Assembly (NCBI GenBank): GCA_051313645.2
Contig: JBNRSN020000018.1
Location: forward strand, 122,450,001 to 122,514,000
Source: Centroscyllium fabricii
Lineage: Eukaryota
DNA: 64,000 nt
Direction of reading: 5' to 3'
The notes under the pieces were generated by a model. That model did not search any database. It saw only the letters and a program-made list of their open reading frames with translations, and was not told the DNA's origin. The translations under genes were made by a program, and so were the position numbers. Of this stretch, positions 1-10,727 are shown in pieces. The stretch's first letter is position 1. Every line of letters starts with the position of its first letter.

Positions 1-828
1 AAGTACTGTCTCATCCTGGTGGACGTGTTTTCCAAGTGGGTGGAAGCTTTCCCCTGTAGGACGGCTACGGCCTTAGGTACTGCCAGGATCTTGGTCCGGG
101 AGGTGTTCTCACGGTGGGGACTTCCCCGTTTTGTGGAGTCCGACCAGGGGAGCCACTTCACCGGCCAAGTGATGCAGAACACCCTCATGCTCTTGGGCAT
201 CGAAGGGAAATAGCACGTAGCGCACAACCCCCAGTCATCAGGGATTGTGGAACGTATGAACCGGACCCTCAAGGAAAGGTTGAGGAAAGAGGCTATGGGC
301 TCGCCCCAGAAATGGGCGGAGATCCTGCCTTTAGTCCTCATGGGGATCAGGGCCAGCCAGTTGAAAAGTACGGGGTATTCCCCGCACGAGTTAATGACTG
401 GGAGAGCCATGCGCACCCCCACTCATGTACTAGCCCCGGTGCTCACGGAGGGCCAGCTCGAAGAGGTAAAGAGGGACAGATTCGTCCAGAATCTGTTTGA
501 GCATCTAAAGCAAGTACATGAGCAGGCAGCTGGGAACATGGGCAGACAGCACCAGGGGAATAAGCTGTTGCTGGAACCCCGCAAAACGCAAGAGTGGGAA
601 GTAGGAGACCTGGTCATGGTGAGGAACTATGCCCGGGTAGGGAGCTTAGAGCCACTGTACATGGGGCCCTACAGTATTGTAGACAAGGCAAGCCCCATGG
701 TGTACGCGGTGAAGGTGCCCCGGCGGACGAAGTGGTTTCACATCAACCAATGTAAACTGTACAAGTCGGGCACGCAGGGGTCGACCACAGGGGCAAGCCC
801 TGTGAGTGGGAACGCCAGCCAAGTGTAG
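1..828 (+). pseudogene. Integrase (rve core plus GPY/F C-terminal module) of an LTR retroelement, with an in-frame premature stop
   Basis: ORFs 19..213 and 247..828 share one frame, split only by TAG at 211-213. Motifs DVFSKWVEAFP, SDQGSHFT, HNPQSSGIVERMNRTLK (DDE) and YMGPYSIV are present. The ORF runs off the window start. Confidence 0.9.
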
Positions 829-935
829 GACCACAGGTCGCGCAGGCAGGTAAAGTAGCCTGCGTGAGAGGGGAGGACCCTATGGAGGAAAGGAGGGTCT
901 CTCGTGCTGTGTGCGATTCAGATGGGGAAGAGCCT

Positions 936-1021
936 GACCAACACGACCAAGTGTTGGACCCGATTGACCAACACGACCAAGTGTTGGACCTGATTGACTT
1001 ACACGACCAAGTGTTTGACCC
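936..1021 (+). repeat. 30-bp tandem repeat x3 (DQHDQVLDPI)
   Basis: gaccaacacgaccaagtgttggacccgatt occurs three times with few changes. Confidence 0.9.
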
Positions 1022-1172
1022 AATCATAGAGGAGGAGGAGGGGTCGGAGGATGGGGGTTCCGTTCTCGACTCAAGTGCCGAAGAGGTAGGGATAGCGGGC
1101 GGAGACTCACCACCTTGGGAGACAGGTGAGGCGAGGTCGGAAGCCACAAAAGATCCCAGTCCCGGGGAAGCA

Positions 1173-1555
1173 AAGCTGGAGGAGGGAACGTCGGTGCTGG
1201 CAGCTGTGAGAGAGTCACAGGCTGCAGCACGACCTGGCCCGGCCCTCAGTTCGTCGACGAAGCTAGAGGAGGGAACGTCGGTGCTGGTAGTGGTGAGGGA
1301 GTCACAGGCTGCAGCACGACCTGGCCCGGTCCTCAGGTCATCGGCCCAGGGGGCTCTCGGCCCCAGGGAAGCGAAGCTAGAGGAAGGGAAGTTGGTGCTG
1401 GCAGCTGTGAGGGAGTCACAGGCTGCAGCACGACCTGGCCCGATCCTCAGTTCGTCGGCGGAGCTGGAGGAGGGAACGTCGGTGCTGGCAGCTGTGAAGG
1501 AGTCACAGGCTGCAGCACGACCTGGCCCGATCCTCAGTTCATCGGCCCAGGGGGC
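1173..1555 (+). repeat. 87/114-bp tandem repeat x4 (KLEEGTSVLAAVRESQAAARPGP)
   Basis: Units start at 1173, 1260, 1374 and 1461 (spacings 87, 114, 87; all multiples of 3). Confidence 0.9.
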
Positions 1556-2443
1556 AGTACCTAAAAGCATCCTTCGTCGATCGGACAGGAAATCCCAGCC
1601 CAGGAAGGCTTGGCCAGAACCGTCCTATGTCCTCAGGTATAGGTACAGACCAGTCAGAGAAAGCACCCACCAGAGAATAATCATACACCCCCGACAAGCA
1701 GCAACAGGCTGCGGGGGATCAAGGGTAAGGGTCAGCGACGCACCGCCACAGGGAGCGATCCGCTGCGACCCTGACAGGGAATAGGTAGGCCGCCCGGGAG
1801 GGGCGGCACTGTATTATAGTTTCGGTAATGTTAAGGGAATAGCCCGAACTAGAGTTAAGTTTTAATGGTTTGGCATAAAGGTGAAGGGGAGTGTTTAGTT
1901 AATGTTGGATCTGTCCAGGATGTGTGCTCCGTCTGTGAGCCGAGGTCGAGGGACCCGCTCGCATCTCACCACAGCCAGGCACTCTTGGGAGGCCGGCTAC
2001 CCCTTTGCTTAGTTACAGGACCCGGAGATGTGGAGAGATTCTGGTGATGCTCGCGGTCATCGGAGGTGGACTGGCCTATCGGGGCCACACCAGGGATGTC
2101 GTTATGTTCGGGTGCTCTAGAGACACTGCCCCATCGCGACGGATGGGACCGGGGAGTAAGAGGTGGAGGAAACAACCACCTACTTCCACGAGGGCAGATG
2201 ACCAGGATGGCTGGGAACGGACTCAATGGAGCATTCCAGCACGTCGGAGTTTGCCTGCAGAGAGACTTGTTTGCTGTGCCCCGAATTAAGATTATCGCAC
2301 CCAGGACCAGCGCTATCATCGGCAAAAGGACTTGTTCGGTGTGGGATGGAAAGATCCCAGCGAGCCGATGGTGGTGGCTGCGGAAGACCGCCAGAACGCT
2401 TGAAAATCTGTTGGGACAAATGGTGGGACTTGATGAGGGGATT

Positions 2444-2468
2444 TGTGTGTGTGTGTGTGTGTGTGTGT
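2444..2468. repeat. (GT)n microsatellite
   Basis: Direct run of tg dinucleotides. Confidence 0.95.
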
Positions 2469-2822
2469 TTAAATATGGACGTGTGAGGCGATTACCTTTT
2501 TCGGGTTACAAGCCTCTTTCGGATTTTTCGGTTGTTTGTTTTTTCTTTATGATAATAAAAGATATGTACAGATGGAGATGAAGGCATCGGCCTGGCGAAC
2601 GTGGAAGGAGTCTGGAGGTGTAAGAAAATTGTTATGTACATATATGTTGCCCAGGGTGGAGGCGATGCGAGTTTGACCAAAGGGAATGGGGACCGCATGT
2701 GTCATGGGGCAGGAGTTAGTTTAAGTATCAGGGAAGTTGAGGTGTGGAGAATCGGGTAATCTTGCTCAACCTTTTATTTAATTGATTCGCTAAGCGGGGT
2801 TATGCTAATCAACAGGAGGGAC

Positions 2823-4554
2823 TGTAAGGTCGCAATATTCCCGATTCATAAAGGACAAGAGACACCTGGTTTAATTGAACATTTTATTGAGCCATGGCAG
2901 CAGAGGAAAACAGGCTGCGGCTTGATGAAAGGAAAGAAAGGAAAGGGGGCCCCAAGAGAGGGCCACCGGACCACGTGATAAGACGGCCAGAGCTCCCGAG
3001 ATATTGGAATACACTTAGCTGCCACTAAACGAAACTGCATACATCGTTTTCCAGTCCTGCAAAAAGCCCGTGAAAACCCAGACATGGAGGCGCTGAACAA
3101 ACAACACTTGTTTGTAAAGAACTGACCACCCCCCCCCCAGAACCGTTTAGCCCAACAATAAAGAAGCACCCTGTTAATAGACATATACGATACTGCAAAA
3201 GATCGATTAACTGGCCCAAACGGCCAGACTCAGGATTTGTACAGCAGGGTTATCGGTAAGCCATTTGCACATTTTCTAGACAATAGAAACGCTCACAGAA
3301 GCAGTTAAGGCTGTTCTCAGGCCATCCCCAACAGGTTGGCTGGACAATGAAGACAGTAAAACCGTTTAAATCACAGAACATTCAACGTTTTGGGCGGGAC
3401 ATAAGCCCACAGCATTTTAGTATAACTAAAAGCATTTTGCACAGTTCGATCTCTTTTCTCTTGGATCTCTTCTTGGAAAGCTCTTGGAAGGAGCTGTTTT
3501 GGACTGAAGGTAGCAGTGACTTTGGTGGGCTCTCTTCGGAGGCTCCCGTTCAGATCTCAGGGTGCAGGGTGAGCGAGGGTGCAGTTTCTGGCAGGGCAGT
3601 AAAGCTGGGTCAGGGTTGTGACTATCGCAGGAGAAGTGGTATCGCATCAGGACTGGGACCATCGCTGGAGAGGTAGTTGGTTGCTGGGCCCCGTAGAGCA
3701 AGTCGCTTGCAGCAGTAGAACTCCTTGTCCGCGTCAAGGGAGAGAGAGAAACCAGTTGCAGGCACCGGGGTACAGGGCAGAAAGTGCTGGAGGCCCCGTG
3801 GCGCCAAGTTACTTGCCTTAAACCTGAAGGTGGCTGGACAAGATGGTTCAGTCGTACAGTTCAAGATAAAGAAGCAAAACGAGGCACTGGAGAGTTGGGC
3901 TCAGAATCCATTAGATCGGCAGCTAAGTTGAAAGGTAGAAAAACCTTAAGAAACCTGCCCGGGGCCAGCCCGAGCAGACCCAGCCGCCGGCAAGAGGGAG
4001 AAGTAAACAAGTGGGCCCCCCGAATCTTCCACAGCCACGTGACGACCAACGCTGCAGCCGAAGGACGAGAACTTCGTAGCAGACCCCGAGTTTGACCGAG
4101 TGGTGAGCATGCGCCCCGATCCTACACATCTGGACATAGCTAGGCAATAGAGGGGAGGGTGGTTTATTTGGGTAATCTATAGAGTGTTGGCCCCTTTTTC
4201 GATGTGTCGTGTGTTCCCCATTTTTGTAAGATAATCGCGTATGTCGGGTATATATTTGGCTACGAATGTTTATATTTTATGCTATTTTAGTACAGGATGT
4301 ATAAGTTCCATGATTGATATGTGTAAACCTGTGATCTGCTATAATAAAGATCGATTTTGAACTTCTACCAAGGCCAAACGAGTCCAGTCTCTGCATCTCT
4401 CTTCCTGCATCTAAGTCCAGCATAGAGAACCGTAAGGGTGAGCGATTCGAACCGCTCACGGGGGAGGAGGATTATTGCGCGAGGCCTGGCCGGTGGCTAG
4501 AGCAAGGCAATAAGGACCCCAAGTCGCGTATAAACACGGCGCAAACCCCTTACA
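2823..4554 (+). mobile_element. 3' LTR, 1732 bp
   Basis: Starts TGTAAGG right after the PPT and ends CCTTACA (7-bp terminal inverted repeat). TATA-like TATAACTAAA at 3421; AATAAA at 4343-4348. Confidence 0.85.
3821..3876 (+). pseudogene. SUMO2/3: Captured SUMO2/3 coding fragment inside the LTR
   Basis: 3821-3871 translates to [17 protein letters not shown], matching vertebrate SUMO2/3 ([22 protein letters not shown]) over 17 consecutive residues. The flanks are unrelated to SUMO. Confidence 0.9.
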
Positions 4555-4778
4555 ACTGAGAATTCGATCATATTATGATCGCTCCGACCCAAGGGGCCTC
4601 GTACAACAAGATTGCCAATTAGTCCCTTCTCATTGCACAATACCCAGTCTAAGATGGCCTGATCCCGAGTTGGTTCCTCGACATATTGGTCCAGGTAACC
4701 GTCCCGTAAACATTCTAGGAATTCCTCCTCCTCGGTATTTTTACAAATTTGGCTAGTCCAATAGTCAAATAGTCCCAT
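4555..4778 (-). mobile_element. CR1 LINE ORF2 fragment (APE endonuclease C-terminal part)
   Basis: FLECLRDGYLDQYVEEPTRDQAILDWVLCNE...PLGRSDHNMIEF is the CR1 endonuclease signature. It is cut by the LTR at 4554. Confidence 0.9.
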
Positions 4779-4985
4779 TCATTTACATACCTTAACCTTG
4801 TGAATTCTAATGGAATTGGGTGTTGAGTTAGGATTTAAAAAACCAACAGCCCTTGCCAACCGTCCAGGCAATTACAGCTTGAAGAAGACAAACCGGCAAA
4901 TTGGAAATATAAGCAAAAATTGTGCTGAGTTTCCCGGGCCAGTTGTGGCCCTTGAGCTGTCTTTAGGACACGCCTATGCTAGCTT

Positions 4986-5571
4986 GGGTTGCCAACCCTC
5001 CAGGAATGATAGATTCATTTCCTGGACGCTGTTGCGAACAACTCCGGGAAAAGAAATCACAGGGGCATTAAAAAAAATTGTGTTTTTCTCATTTTCTTGG
5101 AACACTTTTGTTTATTAGTGTGACATTAGAAAGTAGGACCCAGGAGTAGAGATGAAGCAATGATCAACAGATGCCGGTGTAGAGAAAATCAGGGATCTTT
5201 ACTGGAGAGTTCTCAACAGTACAAAACAACAGAACTAAACTAGAGAAAATAAGAGACTCGAAGCTAGAGAGCAAACACAGGACACTGAGCACACAGCAAA
5301 CAACTCAAGATTCTGCAAAGAGGCAGAGCAAACACATCACTTAAGAGAGTGTCCTAACGAGCCTGATAGAAGACACCTGAGAGTCATCTAGCCTCTGTTG
5401 AGGCCTTGGGCACTCTCTGCCGTCCTCTGGTGGTCAGACAGAGCCATGACAATTAGTTATTAAAAGTTTGGGGGGGGGGGCGGTGTGGAGAAAAGGCTGT
5501 TCGACTGGGTGGGTTGATTGCAGGTGGGAGGTCATGTGATGAAACCTCCAGAAATATGTGTTGGCGACCCT
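4986..5571. mobile_element. Non-autonomous DNA transposon (MITE) with GGGTTGCCAAC terminal repeats, interrupted by a solo LTR
   Basis: GGGTTGCCAAC at 4986-4996 and GTTGGCGACCC at 5560-5570. The motif GGGAGGTCATGTGATGAAAC is shared with the copy near 59530. Confidence 0.65.
5119..5451 (-). mobile_element. Solo LTR (333 bp) with 5-bp target-site duplication ATTAG
   Basis: TGTGACA...ATGACA termini; ATTAG at 5114-5118 and 5452-5456. An AGTAAA poly(A)-like signal on the minus strand suggests the orientation. Confidence 0.85.
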
Positions 5572-5911
5572 AAGGCTAGCCCAGTCCCCTCCCCACCTTG
5601 AAAGCTTGAACTCCACTTCAGTGCCTGGGTTACCAAGGAACCTACTGAAGCACAAACTAGAATCAATCAATGGTTTTGGTGATGCTGAAGCCAGCTGTGA
5701 TTGGCTGTGTCTCAGAGACTTTCACACTCACCGACGATCATCAAAATGCAGACTAGCAACCGATGACCCAGACAAGAGAAAATATGGCAAGTTCTTGAAA
5801 TAAATGTCCACCTTCAAATGAAATCTGTAGGGTTGTTTTTTCGGTAGTTTATTTCGACACAATTTCCTACTGGTTTATATGAAATAAAGACCTCACTAGT
5901 AAAGATACATA

Positions 5912-6992
5912 GGCCGAAAAATTCGTCAGCGCACAAAATGGGCGCTAAATTTGGCGCTGTGCAAAAATTTTCCGCCGGCGCTACATTAGCGCCGACAGGT
6001 CCGAAATTGGCACTAGCGGCGGCCTTGAAGATTTCGACGCAAATTCCCGCCTTGCACGAGTCAGGCAGCTAATATCCCGGCGCTAATGGCCGTTCCCGGG
6101 CGCAGCGCTCCCTGACTAACTGCTTGTTTCCCCTTTGCCTCTGCAGCCGATGAGGCATTAAAGGGGGAGCAGCAGCTGTTCTCCGTGCTGTATGAGCAGT
6201 TGTGTCTCGGAGAAAGCGGGGAGGGGGGCCAGATCTCTGATCAGTGGTGTCTCGGAGAGAGTGGGGAGGGGGTCGCCATGACCCACCAAGACGCAAATGA
6301 TCAGAGAGCCACCTCCCCTCCCTGCTCTCTCCGAGACGCCACTGATCAGAGAGCCGCCCCCCCTCCCTGCTCTCTCCGAGACGCCACTGATCAGAGAGCC
6401 ACCCCCCCCTCCCCGCTCTCTCCGAGATGCCACTGATCAGAGAGCCAGCCCCCCTCCCTGCTCTCTCCGAGACACCACTGATCAGAGAGCTGCACCACCT
6501 CCCCGCTCTCTCTGAGACGCCACTGATCAGAGAGCCAGACCCCCTCCCCACTCTCTCCGAGACGCCACTGATCAGAGAGCCGGAATCCCTCCGCGCTCTC
6601 TCATCAATTGGCCGCTCAGGCCGACGACGCTCAGGCCGACTCCCCCCATCAGCTGGCCGCACTCGGGCCGAGGAGGGAGTGTGGCCCTTTTAGCAGCGCT
6701 GAAGCGGCCACTCAAAGCCGCTGCAGCGCTTGCAAAAGCTGTCGCTAATAGCGCGGGTGGTGCTGCGAAGGCGCTAAGGCCAATAACAGGCACAGCCCGC
6801 CAGCGGCCGTTGCACACGCATTGCCACGACGATTGTTGATCATCAGGTGGCGCAGCGCTAGCGTTTAGCGCCGGCGCTAACCACCATGCCAATTTAGCAC
6901 CCGCCGCTAATTTGGGCGCTACATCGGCGCTGGCCCATTAGCGCCGATATCCGGCGCTAATGGGTCGGCGCTAAGGTGGCAATTTTTCGCCC
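5912..6992. mobile_element. PIF/Harbinger-like MITE with many GCGCTA/TAGCGC subterminal motifs
   Basis: Terminal inverted repeats GGCCGAAAAATT and AATTTTTCGCCC. It is a GC-rich island in AT-rich flanks; the target duplication is imperfect (ATA/ATT). Confidence 0.7.
6200..6590. repeat. ~42-bp minisatellite, about 7 direct units preceded by about 2 inverted units
   Basis: ctctccgagacgccactgatcagagagcc repeats over 6297-6590; the reverse complement (ctctgatcagtggtgtctcggaga) lies at about 6200-6272. Confidence 0.85.
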
Positions 6993-7182
6993 ATTGTATA
7001 TTTGAATTAATAAATAATTATTAGGATATTTCTGGTGATACAGTTGAGTATCTATACAAGGTGCCATTCAATCTTCATCTTATTCTGGTGTCTGAGTTTG
7101 TACACAGATCATCTTAAACTTGGCCATCAGTCTATTTCAGGTGCTCGTATTCATGATCGAGGTCCTTCAGAACAGCTCGCAG

Positions 7183-7321
7183 TCACTTCAGATGAGGATC
7201 TGGACTCCCAAGCTGTGAATAACCCAGACAGCTTTCATTTTCAAATGCAATCTTTCCTTTGGTAATTACATACTTGATTAGTTCCCGATGGCCTCCGAAC
7301 TGATAAATCAAGTGTTCCCAC
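7183..7321 (-). CDS. AMDHD1: AMDHD1 last coding exon
   Basis: Polypyrimidine tract and AG acceptor at 7322-7323. Translates (R)WEHLIYQFGGHRELIKYVITKGKIAFENESCLGYSQLGSPDPHLK* with TGA at 7183-7185; the phase matches the upstream exon. Confidence 0.95.
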
Positions 7322-7934
7322 CTTTAAAAGAAGAGAAGGGTTTACTGTAGCGGTTGCGTGATTCAGGATGTAGCTTTATAAAGCAATCTTATTTAGACCT
7401 TCAATTTGGAAACGTCAAATAACTTTGTGGATGTTGTAGCAAAGTGTAAATAGGTGAACTGCAACTAGATCAAAAAAAGATGGTATATAAAGTTATAAAA
7501 GATAATACACAATTAAGATATTGTACTGTCTAAATGGGAAAAATGCAACATATCAGTGCACATCCATTGATATATTGTAGGTTTATATTCTGTAGGTTTT
7601 GCAACTTTTGTTTAAAGAAACAAACAAGGTTAAACTTCTTGGTATGTGGGCAATGATCAATTTAAGCTACTAATCAGTCTGCAAAGGAGCTTATGGAATT
7701 GCCATTTTTCTAAAGTACATTTTCTTCAAGTTATTTGAAGCAAGCAGCAGAAAAGATCAACACTTTAAACTTTAATGAAGTCATTGCTTCAGGTAACTGT
7801 TACAAATTGGGGTCTGCTATTTTTCAGTTCAGTAGGGTCAGCCACTCCCGTCAGTGGTGTGATTCTCTTCCTTTTATGGGAGTTGATTTACACCAGCCTG
7901 TACCATCTTGTACGATTACGAGGCACGGAGGTGG

Positions 7935-8385
7935 AACAGTACCGTTGCTTGAGCTGCTCAATGATGTTCCTGGTGGCAGCATAGCTCTCATGATGAGAGT
8001 GCTGGCCAGGAGTGTTGGGGTTGTGGAGAGGGGTCATGAGTCAGGTGGAGAGCAGATAGCTCTTGTCGCTGAGCAGCCAGCCCCAAGCTTGATGTGGTGG
8101 CTGGAAGAGTGCTGGCACACCGGTCTGGCGCAGGATTAAGGCATCGTGGCTGCTGCCAGGATAGCGGGCATTGACGGTCAGGATTCGCCGTGTGTGGTCG
8201 CACACCAACTGCACATTAAGTGAGTGGTAGCCTTTGCGGTTATGGAATACCTCAGGATTGTTGTGAGGTTCCCGCAAAGCGACGTGGGTGCAGAAAATAG
8301 TGTCCTGCAGAGTTCTGGTGACAGAGTTCTGTGACCACGTCCTTGCTGAAGCGGAGCCTTCTAACACACTGGTCCTCATTAACTT
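7935..8385 (-). pseudogene. Degenerate PIF/Harbinger (HARBI1-like DDE) transposase fragments
   Basis: EDQCVRRLRFSKDVVTELC and CTHVALR...NRKGYHSLNVQLVCD...ARYPGSSHDALIL...GWLLSDKSY, with frameshifts and an internal deletion. Confidence 0.85.
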
Positions 8386-8412
8386 CATTAAATTTGTAAA
8401 GATTTGTGACTT

Positions 8413-8651
8413 TGTAGTGCTTGCAGGACCCAAGAACCACGCAGGAGCCGGAGAGACAGATAACACTTGTTTAATTAACAACTACATAGCAAGAAAGAGA
8501 GTGAACCACGAGGAGCAGGCTTATTTAAACTACCCGCCGCTCATGACCTCATCACGCCGAGAGACGTGGTGATGTCATCGCGTCACCCGGTGGGTGGGGC
8601 TATGCCCCGCAGTACTCCCGAGGCGGATTCGCCAGCTGGCGTACCGCCACA
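8413..8651 (-). mobile_element. 3' LTR of the outer Gypsy element
   Basis: The reverse complement TGTGGCGG...GCACTACA is homologous to the LTRs at 10728-10950 and 14891-15129. Confidence 0.93.
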
Positions 8652-8700
8652 CAGCTCCCCCCAGAATCCGTCCGAGAGGAAAAGAGTCTTATGTGAGGCG

Positions 8701-10727
8701 TCATGGTGGCCGTACGATGCGGCCGGCACGTGTCGTTTGTTGCTCCTGGTGCTGCGGTGGAGTGTGGGCGGGTGTTGGTGCGGGAGGGTGTCCGCGTTGA
8801 GGTGGTTGGGCGAGGACTGTCGCGTCGCCCGCTATTACGTGTGCCGGTTTCAGCCGGTCGATGGAGACAGTTTCTGTCCGGTTGCCCAGCTGTAGCTGAA
8901 AAGCTTTGGATCCCGCCCGAAGCACTCTGTAAGGGCCATCGTAAGGTGGCCGTAGGGGTGGACGATGGGCGTCGTGACGGACGAACACGTACTTTGCATG
9001 CTTGATGTTGTCCGGTACACGTGCCGCCGGCTCCCTGTGCCGGGCCATCGGTAAGGGAGTTAACGCTTGTGCCGGGTTGGCAAAGTCCTTGAGGAACTGG
9101 TCGGCCGACCAGGGAGCATTTGATTCAGCGAGAAAATTGCCTGGCACTCTTAGTATCTGGCCGTAGACGAGTTCCGCTGCTGAGGCGTGCAAATCTTCTT
9201 TGGCCGCCGAGCGTAGTCCGAGTAGTACCCAAGGAAGGCGGTCTGTCCATGATGCGTCTTTGAGGCTGGCCCGCAGGGAGGCTTTCATGGAGCGGTGGAA
9301 CCTTTCGCAGAGCCCGTTAGCTTGTGGGTGGCATGCGGTGGTTCTGTGCAGGGTCACCCCGAGGTCGCGGGCGATGGCCGCCCATAGTGCCGATGTAAAT
9401 TGGGGACCTCGGTCCGACGTGATGTCAGTGGGCACGCCGAAACGGGCGACCCAAGTCGCGATGAACGCCCTGGCTAAGTCCGTGGTGTTGGTAGCAACCA
9501 GGGGAACTGCTTCTGACCAGCGAGTGTTGCGGTCGACCATGGTCATGAGGTGTGTGTGGCCCCGGGATGGCGGTAGTGGTCCAACGAGATCGACACGGAC
9601 GTGGTCGAAGCGCCTGGCTGGCACGGTAAACGTTTCCAGCGGGGCCTTGATGTGCTTGTGCACTTTGGCCCGCTGGCAGGCGATGCAGGCATTGGTCCAG
9701 GCGCGGACGTCTTTGCGTAGGCCGCGCCACACAAAACGGGCCGAAATAAGTTTAATGGAGGCGCGGGTGCCGGGGTGGGACAGGCCATGGAGGGTCTCGA
9801 AAATGCGCCGCCTCCATGCGTGGGGGGCGACGGGTCTGGGCTGCGGTAACGATACGTCGCAGCAGACTATGGTGGCCGCGGGGCCGTGTGCGATGTTGGC
9901 CAAGCGTAGGCCAGGGAGGTTTTCTGCTGGGTCGAGCAGGTCTGGGTCTGCCAGCTGGTCTGCTGCCAGTTTGGCATAATCGACCGCCATTTGGGCGGCG
10001 TTAATGGTGGGACATGACAGGCAGTCAGCAACCACGTTGTCGCGGCCGGAGATGTGCTGGATGTCGGTAGTGAACTCCGACACGGCTGCGAGTTGGCGCT
10101 GCTGCCTGGCCGACCAGGGTTCGGCGATCTTAGCCATTGCAAATATCAGCGGCTTATGATCGACGAAAGCTGTGAAGGGACGGCCCTCCAGGAGGAAGCG
10201 AAAATGGCGCACAGCGAGGTAGAGAGCGAGGAGCTCCCTGTCGAAGGCGCTATACTTGACCTCCGGGGGCCGTAGGTGCCGGCTGAAAAAGCCCAGGGGC
10301 TGCCAGGAGTTGCCCGCCCACTGTTCGAAAACGGCCCCAACAGCGTGGTCGGAGGCGTCAGTGGTGAGGGCCACTCTGGCGTTGGGCCTAGGGTGGGCTA
10401 GGAGGGTGGCGTTGGCCAGGGCGGTCTTGGTTGCGGTAAACGCGGTGGCGGCGTCGGCCGTCCACTCGACCGCAGTTTTGCCGGACTGCCCACGTGTGGC
10501 CTGGTATAGGGGAGCCATGAGGGCGGCTGCACCTGGGATGAAGCGGTTATAGAAGTTAACCATCCCGAAGAACTCCTGCAGGCCCTTAATGGAGTGCGGG
10601 CGGGGGAATTCCTGAACTGCCTGCACTTTGGAGGGCAGGGGTATGGCCCCGGTTTTGGAAATGCGGTGGCCCAGGAAGTCTATAATTTCTAGGCCGAATT
10701 CGCATTTAGAGGGGCTTAATATGAGGC
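8701..10727 (-). pseudogene. pol remainder (RT C-terminus, RNase H, integrase) of the outer element
   Basis: TDAS, YSAFDRELLA, DHKPL, HHCC zinc finger and DDE core are present. It rejoins 15130 as ...LTEHG|LILSPSKC.... Confidence 0.92.

Larger units (their letters stand above)
756..1784 (+). pseudogene. Acidic, repeat-rich C-terminal extension of pol (frameshifted continuation) or accessory ORF
   Basis: This frame is open from 756 and overlaps the integrase end. It contains in-frame tandem repeats and an ILRRSDRKSQP motif like the RRSxR tails of Gypsy integrases. Confidence 0.55.
1..4554 (+). mobile_element. 3' portion of an LTR retroelement (Gypsy or env-less ERV-like), inserted into a CR1 LINE
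   Basis: Order is integrase, 3' UTR, polypurine tract AACAGGAGGGAC (2811-2822), then an LTR. CR1 endonuclease-coding sequence begins directly after the LTR end. Confidence 0.85.

Noticed and set aside
1865-2700. env or accessory ORFs in the retroelement 3' UTR
   Set aside because: The ORFs are short and overlapping, without recognisable fusion-protein motifs; one runs through a GT microsatellite.
3725-3931. Functional SUMO gene or processed pseudogene
   Set aside because: Only 17-19 codons match; there is no ATG, no remainder of the ubiquitin-like fold and no C-terminal GG.
5610-5660. miRNA-like hairpin (CTTCAGT...ACTGAAG)
   Set aside because: The stem is too short and interrupted to distinguish from chance.
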